Assembly: GCF_001194135.2 (NCBI RefSeq)
Contig: NC_068983.1
Coordinates: 54,168,193-54,232,192, forward strand
Source of the DNA: Octopus bimaculoides
Taxonomy: Eukaryota
DNA length: 64,000 bases
Direction of reading: 5' to 3'
Positions 1 through 11,714 of the stretch are shown here, one piece after another. The notes under the pieces are model-generated. The model was given only the letters and a program-made list of their open reading frames with translations, had not been told where the DNA came from and made no database searches. The position numbers and the translations under genes are program-made. Every line of letters starts with the position of its first letter. The first letter of the stretch is position 1.

Positions 1-231
1 GTTAAAAGTGTTTTCCCAGTTCCTCTGGATGCATCAAGAAAAATAATTCACCCTACAGAAGTGGAACATGTTGATGATTGTTGAATATACCATTCTTTGG
101 TCATGTAGCAAGTCTGGCTCATTAGTTGCTACTTATCGGTGAGAGCCTTCTATTTTGTATGGAGTCTCATGCAGAACCTCATGAAGGCTATCACTTTCTG
201 TTTAATCATAGGAAGGCCAAGCAATGGAAGT

Positions 232-418
232 TCTTGAAGAATTTTAGCTGAACAAATTGACACCAGCACTTATTTTGTTTTAAGCCAGGTACTTATTTTA
301 TCGGTGTCTTTTGCTGAACCACTAAGTTACAGGGACATAAACACACTAACACTAGTAGTCAAGTGGTGGTGGACAGACACAAAGACATACACACATACAT
401 ACATATCTACATAATACA

Positions 419-466
<48 letters not shown>

Positions 467-467
467 A

Positions 468-512
<45 letters not shown>

Positions 513-680
513 TATATAAAACAGGCTTCCTTCAGTTTCCTCTACCAAATCCTCTTGCAAAGCTTTGGTCAGCTCTAGGTTATAGCAAAAGACAATTGCT
601 TGAAGTACTATATGGTGGGATTGAACCTAGAGCCATGAAGCTGGGAAGCAACCTTCTTCCCACACAACCACACCTGCACC
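232..680 (-). mobile_element. SINE family B (tRNA-derived head, internal TA/TG microsatellite), diverged copy
   Basis: Matches the reverse complement of the intact copy at 55221-55620 (ttttgctgaaccactaagttac...aggcttccttcagtttcctctaccaaatcc). Confidence 0.85.
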
Positions 681-1406
681 TATGTTAGGATTTTTGTATA
701 TCAGGATTTCTCATTTAAAGCTAGCACTTGTGGTCACCTAACAGATCTTGGCTGTGATTTTACTATTATGCATGTGGTCTGTAAATATTACAAATTCACT
801 TCAAAATGAATAAAATTCTTGAAGTTGGTTAGTGAAGACTGATGCTTCTCTCATTGTGATCTCTCAAGGTGTATCATCTTCAAGAAGGCCTCATTTCAAA
901 CATGTCTTTGTCAACATGTTACACAATTGACCTTGTATTATATACTAATCCTGGAAGGAATGTGAGGTTTTTAACATTAGGAAGGAGTATATAAATATGC
1001 TGGCTTGAATGAACACCTTAAAAATGCCAAAATAGAATGTATGTGAGAAGTGATTCTCTGACCCATCTCAGAGGATAGTAACTTTGGATAAAAACTGACT
1101 TTTACCATAAAAATCCATCCAACCCATGTCAGCGTGGAAAGCCATGTAAAATGATAATGGAAATATGTGATGTGTGTGTTTAGAAAATCTCCCTTTATAC
1201 GGATTACCCCAAAACATGTGTGTTTGAAAAGCTGTAAACAGTGAAAGTGCATACAATGTATAAAATCTAAAAGATTTGTCATTTTGTGTGTGTGCATGTG
1301 TGTGTGTATATATATAAATATATATATAATTTTTATGAAAGAATGAAGTCATTTTAGTGTTCTGTACATTTCAATGACTGGCCATACATTTTGTATTCAT
1401 ACATGG

Positions 1407-1527
1407 TTATGTAATAAATTTTGAAGCTAATTTACTTTATCTGACATTTCCATCTCAGCTTACAATCGATGGAAAATTGAGATGAAAATGTCTGATGAAG
1501 TGAATTGGTTTCAAATTTATTATATAA
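1407..1527. repeat. Imperfect inverted repeat or hairpin (about 54 bp arms, about 11 nt loop); MITE-like or pre-miRNA-like
   Basis: 1413-1461 pairs with 1473-1521; most mismatches are G-U compatible on the + strand. Confidence 0.8.
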
Positions 1528-1617
1528 TATTACATAATCTTTATATGTTTTACAAAAGATGTAGCTAGTCATTTAAATCTATTTAACATTAAACTGACTT
1601 TTCGATTTCTTCATTAA

Positions 1618-2152
1618 CCCACTCAAACCTGGGCTGTTTGTGTCTAACTTTACCCTCCACCTGGGCTCCTGAGCAAAAAAGAAATAGTTGCATGTAAAGC
1701 TCACAAGTGACAACATGACACAATCACAAAAAAATTTCAGGAGAATTACAATAATAGACCGATCTCTCAACAACTGAATTTGTTCACCCGAATCGCTACT
1801 TTCCTCATCATTTTGACTTGTTTGATTGTCCAAATCACTCTCATTGCCAGCATAAGTGTAAATTCTTCATCCAAAGAATAAAATATCATCAATAATTTCC
1901 TCAACTGCAAAGAATCTAGGCCTTGTTCACTTTTTTGCCAATTAAAAACAAAAGTAAACAACAGCTATGGGGGACACCGTTAACAATGAGTCATAAACAC
2001 ACTTGACTACAAAACAGCAATGTGATCAGTCATCTAATTTTAGTATCTTATCTTCTTTGTCTAAACAAGTTGTTCATTACCACTTTAGTGACAATCCAGC
2101 AGAGATGATATTTAAGCTCTTCTTTCTATTGCAGAAACCCGGTGTGACAGGG
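1618..2152 (-). mobile_element. piggyBac-type non-autonomous element with a transposase N-terminal remnant
   Basis: TTAA at 1614-1617 and 2153-2156; CCC...GGG ends with degenerate TIR (CCCACTCAAACC vs CCCTGTCACACC); minus-strand broken acidic peptide RPRFFAVEEIIDDIL...YAGNESDLDNQTSQNDEESSDSGE; homologous end fragment at 33832-33929. Confidence 0.65.
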
Positions 2153-2429
2153 TTAAAATTATTGATATCTACCCTGCAAAGATTTTTAATATACCTACTC
2201 TACGAATTTGTAGAGTGCTCTACTACTAATTAGCTAACGAATGAACAATCATTCTTTGCATAATTAAAAAGTGTAGTTTTTACACCACCCTTTGAACATT
2301 TTGCAAGCCAGGTTCTTGGATGAAGTGCTGATGAGGTGATCTAGATTTTAATTATCCCCTCGATCATATGTGGTGCATTGCTGTATTCAAGAAGACCCAC
2401 CCAACACAACAGAAATGAGATCCTGAAAC

Positions 2430-2683
2430 CAAGGTGCCATGTAAAAAGCATTGGTGTGGGTGCTGGTGCCACATAAAAAACCCACTAGTAATGGTGTCAC
2501 ATAAAAAGCATCTAGAACTCTGTGTAAAATGGTTGACATTAGGAAGGGCATCCAGATGTAGAAACCAAGCCCAAACAGATTATGGAACCTGGTGCAGTCC
2601 CTGGCCTTGCTAGTTCCTGTCAAGCCATCCAACCCATACCAGCATGGAAAACGGATGTTAAATGCTGCTGCTGCTGATGATGA
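2430..2683 (+). mobile_element. SINE family A (RTE-like 3' end, (GAT)n tail)
   Basis: ttaggaagggcatccagatgtagaaacc...ccaacccataccagcatggaaaacggatgttaaatg...gatgatga is shared with many copies in the window. Confidence 0.85.
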
Positions 2684-3070
2684 CACATATTCACATGGCA
2701 TGTATGTTTCAGTTTACATATTGAAGTGCTTGATGCCTCCTTCTTGAGAAGTATTCTTTTACTTTCTTTTAGGCTTTTTCTTGCTTCAGTCACCGGACTG
2801 CAGCCATGCTGGGGCATTGCCTTGAAAGGTTTCATTCCATCAAATCTACCCCAGTGAAAATGTTAACAACCCAACACAAGTTGTCAAGTTGTGCTGTTAG
2901 ACACACACACACACACACACACAAAGTTTATTATGTGTGTTTGTGGAGAATATGATATAAATAAAGTTCTTATCATGATATTCAAGTAGGTACCAGTAAT
3001 CTTCTCTAGAACTGAAGCAGAATCACTGGTGTTCACTGGAACAGCTTCTCCACACATGTAGACATAATTA

Positions 3071-3491
3071 CTTGACACCATCAGTCACGAATGACCATGG
3101 GTGTACCTAAGAGGTTCCCTCTGGGGTACAAGTCTGGGCGGAAAGTCGCCTCACCTGCGAACGCAAAACCTAGGGTTGTTTTTATGGAAGACCAACCTCT
3201 TCTCTCCATGCCACCGATGTTATGCATACCAGCCTCCTTTCGCCATGCCACCGATGTTATGCATACCAGCCTCCTTTCGCCATGCCACCGATGTTATCCA
3301 AGGGAAAAGTAAAGGTCGATACAACTCGGCACCAATGACGTCGCAACTCATTTCTACAGCTGAGTGAACAGGAGCAACATGAAATAAAGTGTCTTGCTCG
3401 GGAACACAACACGCAGCTTTGTCCAGGAATTGAACTCACAACCACATGATCATAATCTTGATGCTCTAACCACTGAGCCATGCACCTTCAC
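3071..3491 (-). mobile_element. tRNA-headed SINE family F with 12-bp TSD and internal 37-bp tandem repeat
   Basis: TSD tagacataatta at 3059-3070 and 3492-3503; A/B-box-like head near 3430-3490; homologous to 6084-6415. Confidence 0.85.
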
Positions 3492-4966
3492 TAGACATAA
3501 TTAGAGAAACAGTATCCAACTTTCTCTAAATCTTGTGAGTGTATGTGTGTGTGAAAGCAAGCATATACTTGCTATAGAAACACATGGTTCCTATTCAGCA
3601 AAATTATATCTAACAGTGTGACCAATTTTCTAATAAATTAAGTCTGTTGCTAATGGTAGCAACGATTATGGGTGTTGCAACATTGTTGCAAAAGAGAGGG
3701 TGCTATTGATGAAAATCTTGTCTTTGATCCCATTCTAGCTCTTTAGATATTAAATACCATTAAACACCATCTACATGTTCTTTAAAATATTCCGTACGGT
3801 TAATTCTCTTAATGAACCTTTAGTTCTAATATTGCCGACATAATGGCTTACAGAAGAAGAGAAAATGTAAGAGAGAGAGAGAGAAGAATGGGACGACAGT
3901 GGAGCAGTGGTAGTGGCAGCAGCAGCAGGTGTTGCTGGTGGTGGTGGTTGAATAATCAAATATGGAAACAGAACGAAAATTAGCATCAATCACAATTCCC
4001 CGCCCACACTCCCTACACTCATTACTGTATTCTGGACAACGATGAAGAAAATGAAATAAAACTGCCCAACAACCTCCATCCTTACATGCCATAAAAATTA
4101 AGTCTCTGGACATGAAACTGTTTCTTCATATAAAATAATCCACATTAGTAATTGGGGGATGTAATTGACCCCATGTCAATAGCTCTTTTTCTTTCCTTAA
4201 CAGACTGTAATTATAAACCATGTACCACCTATACTTTACCCAAACCCCAATTATGTTTGATAATTATACAATATTGCTGCTATATAAGTGTGGATAGTCA
4301 ACATGGTGGACAAACACAAATACAAGCATATATATACACATATAGATCTGATCTCAAATGTCAGTTAAAATTTTCACTTGTCTTGTTTTCAGTCTTGTTT
4401 TGTGTTAGAGAAATTCCTGGTAGATGAACAGACAAAAAATATGGTAGACCTAAAGGAGCCCTAAAAGTTGGAATGGTTGAAAAAATAAATAATTATTAAA
4501 AAAATGCTTCCAGAAGAGCTAAGATGATATATGTATATTTATAGCTAGAACAACAATTTTCTATCTTTTTAACACACTCTGACTTTATATATAAAAATAG
4601 AAAAGAAAAAAAAATGAAGCAAAAACAATAACAAAAAAATATGAAAAAAAAACATCAAAGCGAAGTGGAAAATGCCTCATCAGGGATTTGTAACAATTAT
4701 TTGTTCAAACGAGGCCAAAGAAAAAAATAAAAAAAAGGAAAAAGGATAAAAAAATAACATGGAACAGTTATCTGTAAATATAGTGGAAAGAAGAGCACGA
4801 TAAAATGTGGTGTCACAAGATATTAAGTCACATGCTGTGATGTGGAACAAAACTCAACAAAATGTAAAGATGGAATTCCTATAAAAGCAAGGAAAAGGTA
4901 TTATGTATATCTAGTGGATATATACATACATCATATATACACATATATATATGTATGTGTGTATAT

Positions 4967-5044
<78 letters not shown>

Positions 5045-5574
5045 TACCATTTATAAATTATTTTTTTTTTGTAAAGCACTGTACGTTCTCAGATATCAGT
5101 TATGTTACTTGGCTCTGCAGAAACAAGCTATGTTACTGGAAGATGCCAAAATTAGAATGATTTCTAATTGACAGCTGATGCTGAAAACAGGAAAATTGTA
5201 AAGAGTGTGAAGATTTTTCTTACTTAAAAAAAAAAGAAACTAACAAAAAATACAAAAGCAAAGTGAGAAAATATTTTACTATAAAAACATTTTTACAAGC
5301 TCCGATTGTGTCACCCATCACGCAGTAGCTTCGAAGTACATTACGTGTTTATACAATTCTAATATCCATAGATATAAATTCTATTACATCATAAAACCTA
5401 CCTTAGAATCCAATTATGATTTCCAGATTTCCAAATTTATTTCAAATCTCTAAAATAAATTTATTTTTTCATGAGGAGTATGTGAATAACCCATATTCAG
5501 AAGCTATAAAGATATTAAATATTTGTGTGTATGGAGAGGGCTTCCAAAGTTCTCCTACAATGACAAGAAGCAGA

Positions 5575-5740
5575 ATAGACATGGCTGTATGGTTAAGAAG
5601 TTTGCTTCACAACCACATGGCTTTGGGTTCAATCCCACTGAGTAGCACCTTGGGCAAGTGTCTTCTGCTACAGCCTCAGGCTAACCAATGTCTTTGTGAT
5701 TGAACTTGATAGATGGAAACTGTGGAAGCTCCAACCTGTG
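5575..5740 (+). mobile_element. SINE family B, 5' half
   Basis: atggctgtatggttaag...gggttcaatcccactg...cttgggcaagtgtcttc head. Confidence 0.8.
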
Positions 5741-5767
5741 TGCATGCATATCTGTGAGTGAGTGTTG

Positions 5768-5935
5768 AAGGCATATGGTGAAGTGGTTAGGGCATTTGGT
5801 GCATAATCACAAGGTTGTAAGTTCAATTCTCAGTGGTGCACCGTTGAGCAAGACACTTTATTTCATGCTGCTCCAGTCCAAAAAACTGGTAAAAATAAGT
5901 TGTACTTGTAATTCAAAAGGACCAGCCTTGTCAAC
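5768..5935 (+). mobile_element. SINE family D, 5' part
   Basis: gaaggcatatggtgaagtggttagg...gttcaattc...gagcaagacactttatttcatg; same family as 36609-36890 and 41755-42060. Confidence 0.75.
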
Positions 5936-6083
5936 CAACAGAATGCTAGTTTAAAATATGTGTGTATATTATACTACAGGATTGTTAGTAGCAGCTCGAT
6001 GTATAATGTTAAGTTACCTCTTTTTCTATTTGGAGGTCAGAACCCACTGAAGTCAACTTTGTTTTTTTTATTACATAATAAAA

Positions 6084-6415
6084 AGGTAAAGACCGCCTTC
6101 AGCCATAAATGATCATGGGATTGTACCTAGAAGTTCCTCTCTGAGGCAAAAGTCTGGGCAAGGTTGTTTATGGAAGACCAGCAGTCACCCATGCATACTA
6201 GCCTCCTTTCTCCATGCTGTTGATGTTATCCGAGGGAAAGACAAAGGCTGATACAGCTTGGCATCAGTGATATCACCACTCATTTCTACAGTTGAGTGAA
6301 CTGGAGCAATATGAAAATAAAGTGTCTTGCTCAAGAATACAGCACACAGCCTGGTCAAGGTATTGAACTCACAATTTCATGATTGTGAGCCTGACACTCT
6401 AACCAGTGAGCCATG
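6084..6415 (-). mobile_element. SINE family F
   Basis: Homologous to 3071-3491 but without the 37-bp expansion. Confidence 0.8.
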
Positions 6416-6524
6416 TATGTCTGTGTGTCTTTGTAATGACACCATAGTTGTTGTAAATGAGCATCACCAGCATACATGTGGTGTTTGTCCCCAACTTCCT
6501 ATAGAAACATGTCCAGTCAGAGGT

Positions 6525-6914
6525 GAAGGCATGGCTGTGTGGTTAGTATTTGCTTATTAACCTGATGATTTTGGGTTCAGTCCCACAGCACGACACTTTG
6601 GGCAAATGTCTTCTACTACATCCACAGGTCAACCAAAGCCTTGTGATTATATCTGGTAGACAGAAACTGAAAGAATACTGTCAAATTTATACTTATATCT
6701 ATGTGTGTGTGTGTGTGTCTTTTTGTCTGTGATTGTCCCCCACCAATGCTTGATAACCGGTGTTGGTGTGTTTATGCCCCTGTATCTTAGTGGTTCAGGA
6801 AAAGAGACAGACAGAATAAGTACTCAGATCAATTCATTTGATTAAAAATTCTGCAAGGTGGTGCCCCAGCATGGCCACATTCTAAAGACTGAAACAAGTA
6901 AAAAACAAAAAGAA
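6525..6914 (+). mobile_element. SINE family B, near full length
   Basis: Head, (TG)n middle and ccccagcatggccacattctaaagactgaaacaagtaaaa tail. Confidence 0.85.
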
Positions 6915-6917
6915 CAT

Positions 6918-7055
6918 CATGTTTGGAAACAGGTGAGGGTTGAAAAGAGGAGGGGGCCACTAACCATAGAAAATCTGCCGCATCAGATTCTATCCAACCC
7001 ATGCCAGCATGAAAATATGGACATTAAAATGATAATGATGATGCAGATGATGATA
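6918..7055 (+). mobile_element. SINE family A, 3' fragment
   Basis: tccaacccatgccagcatgaaaatatggacattaaaatgataatgatgatg. Confidence 0.75.
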
Positions 7056-7529
7056 AAAAGTCATCAAGGTGTATTTTTTTACAAAAAGGGATAACTTAAA
7101 ACTTTTGATTCTTTCCATCCATTGCGTTGACTACAGAACAATTTTACTGGTAGTTCAGAAAAGCAACAAATATTGCAACTGTTCTAGCTACATCAGTAAC
7201 ATTTGCTTTATACCCTAACAATACTATGTACAATGACTGCTATAAAACATTCTTTTGTGATTTTCAGTGAATATTTTTGTTTAAGTCAAATAAAAAAATA
7301 CAAATACTGTTATTTAGTTCCTATGAAGACCATCTCATATAATTCTCAGTTGAAAAAAAAAGGAACTTTTTACTTATATATATTTGTTAAATTATTGATT
7401 ATACATAGATCAAGGGTGTTTTTTATGAGAAAAATCAAAGAAAAGACAAAGAAAAATCTATATAAACTACTGAAGTTTGAAATAAGGTTAGTCCTGAAAA
7501 ATATAAAAAGTTAGAAATTATTGTAGTTG

Positions 7530-7560
<31 letters not shown>

Positions 7561-7563
<3 letters not shown>

Positions 7564-7900
7564 GGCGGTGAGCATGCCTGGCGAAATGTTTAGCGAAATT
7601 TCGTCTGTCTTTATGTTCTGAGTTCAAATTCTGCCAGGGTCGACTTTGCTTTTCATCCTTTTGTGGTTGATTAAATAAGTATCAGTTACACACTAGGGTT
7701 GATAAAATCAATTAGCCCCCCCTCCCCCAAATTTCAGGCCTTGAGCCTATAGTAGAAAGGATTATTATTATCATTATTAAGGTGGTGAGCTGGCAGAACT
7801 GTTACCATTCCAGACGAAATGCTTAGAAGGTCTTTGTCTATCTTCATGCTCTGTGTTCAAATTCAGCTGAAGTTGACTTTACCTTTCAAGCTTATGGGAT
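7561..7900 (+). mobile_element. Two head-to-tail SINE family C copies (Nin-domain-like core)
   Basis: aaggcggtgagc...ttctgagttcaaattc...gtcgactttgcttttcatcctttt...gataaataagtatcag, (ATT)n tail, second head at 7778. Confidence 0.8.
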
Positions 7901-8214
7901 TGATGATACCCAAGGTGCCATGCAGTGAGACTGAACCCGGAGCCACATGGTTGGTAAGCAAGCTACTTACTACACAGCCACTCCTGCGCCTATGTCTACC
8001 AAATTTATTTACAAGGGTTTTGTTGGCATGGGGCTATAGTGAAAGACACTTGCCCAAGGTGCCATGCTGTGGGACCGAACCCAAAACCACACAGCCATGT
8101 TTGCACCATCCAGCCCCAAATGCAAAGAAAGAAATAACTTGGTAGAATATGGTGGATCTTTTTAGGCGAAACACCATCACCAATCAACAACTACTCTTGT
8201 CAAGTGTAGACAAC

Positions 8215-8450
8215 AGAGAATGGAAATGATCTTCATGAGAAGGCAATAGAAATATATTGAACATATCATCCAAAAAGATTAAGACAACATTGCTTGGAAT
8301 GCTCTTTACAACAGAAGAAACCAGAAAGAACAGTTAATGACAAAGTATAAAAGGGAAGCTTAAAACCATGACCCACACTCAGGAAACCATTCTGAAGCCA
8401 ACCCAGTAACATTAAATCTTTGTTGCTGCCCTACGTGCTAACAGACAGAC
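8215..8450 (+). pseudogene. Highly decayed RTE-like LINE 3' fragment
   Basis: Broken peptides RRQ*KYIEHII, DNIAWNAL and IFVAALRANR resemble the RTE ORF C-terminus (WIGH.LR...WR.LVAAL). Confidence 0.4.
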
Positions 8451-9256
8451 GCAACACAAATGTAAAGTCATATACCATGGTTTCTTCAGGTAAGTACATC
8501 CAACCTCTTTAAAAAATATAAAAAATTGCGACCTTATGTCAATTTAAGAAATAATATGAATGGCAGAATTGGTAGAATGCCAACTGAAATTCCTGGCATT
8601 AGTAAGTGACATTACTTTACAGTTTGAGTTCAATCCTAGACAGGTTCATCTTTGCCTTTCTTTATTTTGGTAGATGATAAAATAAGTTCCGATTTAACTG
8701 CCGGTATTTCTCCCACTTCAAATATGTGGCCTTTTGCCAACATAAACCACAACCACCACCATCGTTCTCATTATCATCATGGTGATGATATAAAAGACAA
8801 GGACTTTTCATTTACTTGTGTTGTATTCTTAGTAATATCATCTGGTAATTCCCTTGAGGCATTTTGTTGTTGACACTAGTTGGAAGATTCATAGGGCAGA
8901 AAAAAAATGTTATAGTTTTTTTTATTTTTATAAGAGGGAAAACAGTAGATTGTTTTCCCCATCAGAAAATGAAAAAGATATTGTGAGTGAGCAATGTCAA
9001 CTATCTCAACAAACTTAGATTGGATATTTGGGGTAATGTTTATGAGAAAAATACAAGAGAAACAACTTCCATGCATACACACAGTGAAATTATTGCTTTC
9101 TTGTAAAATAAATAAATAAACAAATAAGGGGAAGTTGCTGGGTAGTGTTCGCCAGAATATAGAAAAGTCTTTTATTGTGTATCTAGGCCAAGTGAGATAC
9201 TGGTTTGTGGAATGAGTGGGTCAAATTTCAGTCGTCACTTAACGCAGCATCTAAAA

Positions 9257-9650
9257 CAATGTTTCTCAACTGTTCTTTCTCTATGGACCCCTTAAGACCC
9301 CTATTTTACTTGGATGGACCCTCAGAACCATTCAATATTTAAAAAAAAAAAAAAAAAGCTATGATATTTTTAGAATTAAATATTATTAGGAATTATTTAA
9401 AATAAGTCTTAAAATATTTGGTACATTGTACAGGGTGTCCACAAGGTTGGGGTACATGGAGTAAATAAAATTGTAACATAAACAATTAAATATAAGAAAT
9501 AATAATTTCTTAAAGTATGTGTTAATCCCCATGTACCCAGACTTTGTGGACACCCTGTAGAAGTATAACCAATTTATTGCACAAAAATTTTATCAACAAA
9601 ATCTTATAGGGACCTCTAAAAGTCATAAGGACCCTGGTTGAGAGTCACTG
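9257..9650. mobile_element. hAT (Charlie-like) MITE
   Basis: TIRs caatgtttctcaac (9257) and ggttgagagtcactg (to 9650); subterminal ggaccc repeats; TSD not preserved. Confidence 0.7.
9431..9557. mobile_element. Tc1/mariner MITE nested in the hAT MITE
   Basis: TA TSD at 9429-9430 and 9558-9559; about 29-bp TIR cagggtgtccacaaggttggggtacatgg / ccatgtacccagactttgtggacaccctg. Confidence 0.9.
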
Positions 9651-9751
9651 AAACACACTCAGAAAATAACTGCAGTTATAGAGGTTACTCTTTATCAACC
9701 TCTTTCTTGGTTTATTATACAAGACAACATGGGAATAATTATTTTTCTGTC

Positions 9752-9920
9752 ATCATTATCAATTAATGTCTGTATTTCATGCTAGCATGGTTTGGATGGT
9801 TTGACAGGAGTTGATAAGGCCGGTGGCCATACCAGGTTCCATTGTTAGTTTTGTCATGGTTTCAACATCTGGATGCCCTTCCTAATGCTAACCACTTTAC
9901 AGAGTGTACTGGGTGCTTTT
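9752..9920 (-). mobile_element. SINE family A fragment
   Basis: ttcatgctagcatggtttggatgg...ctggatgcccttcctaatgctaacc. Confidence 0.75.
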
Positions 9921-9979
9921 CCAATTTTTAAATCTGTTTGCCAAAATAAAATATCTGTAATATTTATTGCTAAGTGGTG

Positions 9980-10190
9980 GGTTGGCAGAAAAGTCAGAAT
10001 GTTGGATAGAAGTGTCTTGTAGCATTAAGTTACAGCCCTTTAAGTTCTAGGTTCAATTCTCTCCAAGGTTAACTATGTTTTTCATCCTTCTGGGGTTGAT
10101 AACATAAAGTACCATTAAAATATTGGGTTGATATAATTAATTATATGCCCTTCCCTCATCCCAAACTCTTGTGTCTTTGTTAGAAATCCT
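9980..10190 (+). mobile_element. SINE family C, diverged
   Basis: ggttcaattc...aaggttaactatgtttttcatccttctggggttgataac core. Confidence 0.7.
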
Positions 10191-10211
10191 GATTTAATAA
10201 CAAGTTTAAAT

Positions 10212-10465
10212 CATCATCATCACTATCATCGTTTAACGTCCGCTTTCCATGCTAGCATGGGTTGGACGATTTGACTGAGGACTGGCAAGCCAGAAGGCTG
10301 CACCAGGCTCCAATCTGATCTGGCAGAGTTTCTACAGCTGGATGCCAACCACTCTGAGAGTGTGGTGGGTGCTTTTATGTGCCACCGGCACGAGAGCCAG
10401 TCACAAGGTACTGGCAACGGCCACACTCAAAAAGGTGCTTTTTATGTTCCACCTGCACAGGAGCC
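10212..10465 (-). mobile_element. SINE family A
   Basis: (CAT)n followed by gtttaacgtccgctttccatgctagcatgggttggacg. Confidence 0.9.
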
Positions 10466-10830
10466 AATGCTGTTTAGCCCTAGGTCGATCCTGATCAGAC
10501 AGATTTATGACTTATAGTATTCCAGCCATATTTACAGGGTATGTCTAAAACTACATTATCCAGAGCGTCCTTTCTTTGTTTAAGATTAAGATGCTAGAGT
10601 GCAATTTGAAGGAGACTTAGCTGCTATTTCTAGCAGACCGAACGACCAGTTGCAGATATTTCATTAATGACTTACAAAACGTACCATATTTTTCAACATA
10701 TAAGCCAAATTTTTCAGACTAAAATTTACTGGCAAAAAAAGGTAGGTCAGCATATACCAAGATGACTTTGGAGAAGCAACACTTCCATGTGAAATACAGC
10801 AGGATTTGGAAAGATAGTGACAATATTTGA

Positions 10831-11075
10831 ACATCATCATCATCATCATAATTTAATGTCCATTTTCCATGCTGGCACAGTTTGGACAGTTTGAGAGGAG
10901 CCAATAAGGCCGGGAGCTGTACCAGGCTCCATTGTCTGTTGTTGTATGGTTTCTATGGCTGGATACCCTTCCTAGCACCAACCACTTTACAGAGTGTACT
11001 GGGTGCTTTTTTTCTTTATGTGGCCCCAGCACCAGTGCTTTTTTGCAAAGCACCAACACTGGTGCTTTTTACAAG
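10831..11075 (-). mobile_element. SINE family A
   Basis: (CAT)n, ttccatgctggcac, ctggatacccttcctagcaccaacc. Confidence 0.85.
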
Positions 11076-11680
11076 TTTATGCTATACATTACCTCAACCT
11101 GCATGTTGGAAAATATGGTATTTATTTTATATTATTTCATTTCATTCAAAATATCACAACTTATTTCTCACACTGTGATATAAAGTCTTGTCTAATAAAT
11201 TGCTTAACAAGTCAATACTTGTTTTGTTTAGCAATTTAACAGTAATTATACAATCAAATGTTACACCAAATGACAACATTTCTCTGTCAATTTGCTCAAT
11301 CTATTCAATCATTACCTATCCCCATACACAATTAATTTGTTCCATTTATTCCACAGCAGTCTACCATTGTTTCCTTGTAAGAATATTTATGTTAATACTC
11401 TGTACTAACTACACTTGTATATACTCTGAAGAAAGCATTGTTTAGTTGCACAATTCACATTGTTGTTGTCCCAGAGTGAAATAAGATATTAGTGTAGATA
11501 ATTACTAAGAAGCCATTGAAAAGCAAGCTGATACAAGAGAAAGAATAATAATAAGAGCAGCAGATTGTAAAATATACAATGAAAGTTTGGGAGGGATTAT
11601 CATAAAACTAATACAGTTATTAAAGTGTCTCAGGTAATTGGAGGGCTTCTAATCAACTGGTTGGCTGGATAATGAATAGG

Positions 11681-11714
<34 letters not shown>

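Noticed and set aside
1590-1668. Apparent minus-strand exon AQVEGKVRHKQPRFEWVNEEIEKSV* with a good acceptor
   Set aside because: The same sequence recurs at 33832-33929 and crosses a TTAA transposon end, so it is repeat-derived.
4660-4700. CUGAUGAG on the minus strand
   Set aside because: There is no helix II, GAAA or UH-helix I arrangement; chance heptamer.
7470-7510. Strong minus-strand acceptor at 7494 (also similar ones near 5181, 11550 and 12583)
   Set aside because: No convincing donor or identifiable peptide follows; such acceptors are common by chance in T-rich DNA. Kept only as alternatives for the gene's 3' end.
8480-8500. Consensus donor CAG|gtaagt on +
   Set aside because: It lies at the end of a decayed RTE-like fragment, with no credible acceptor and open frame upstream.
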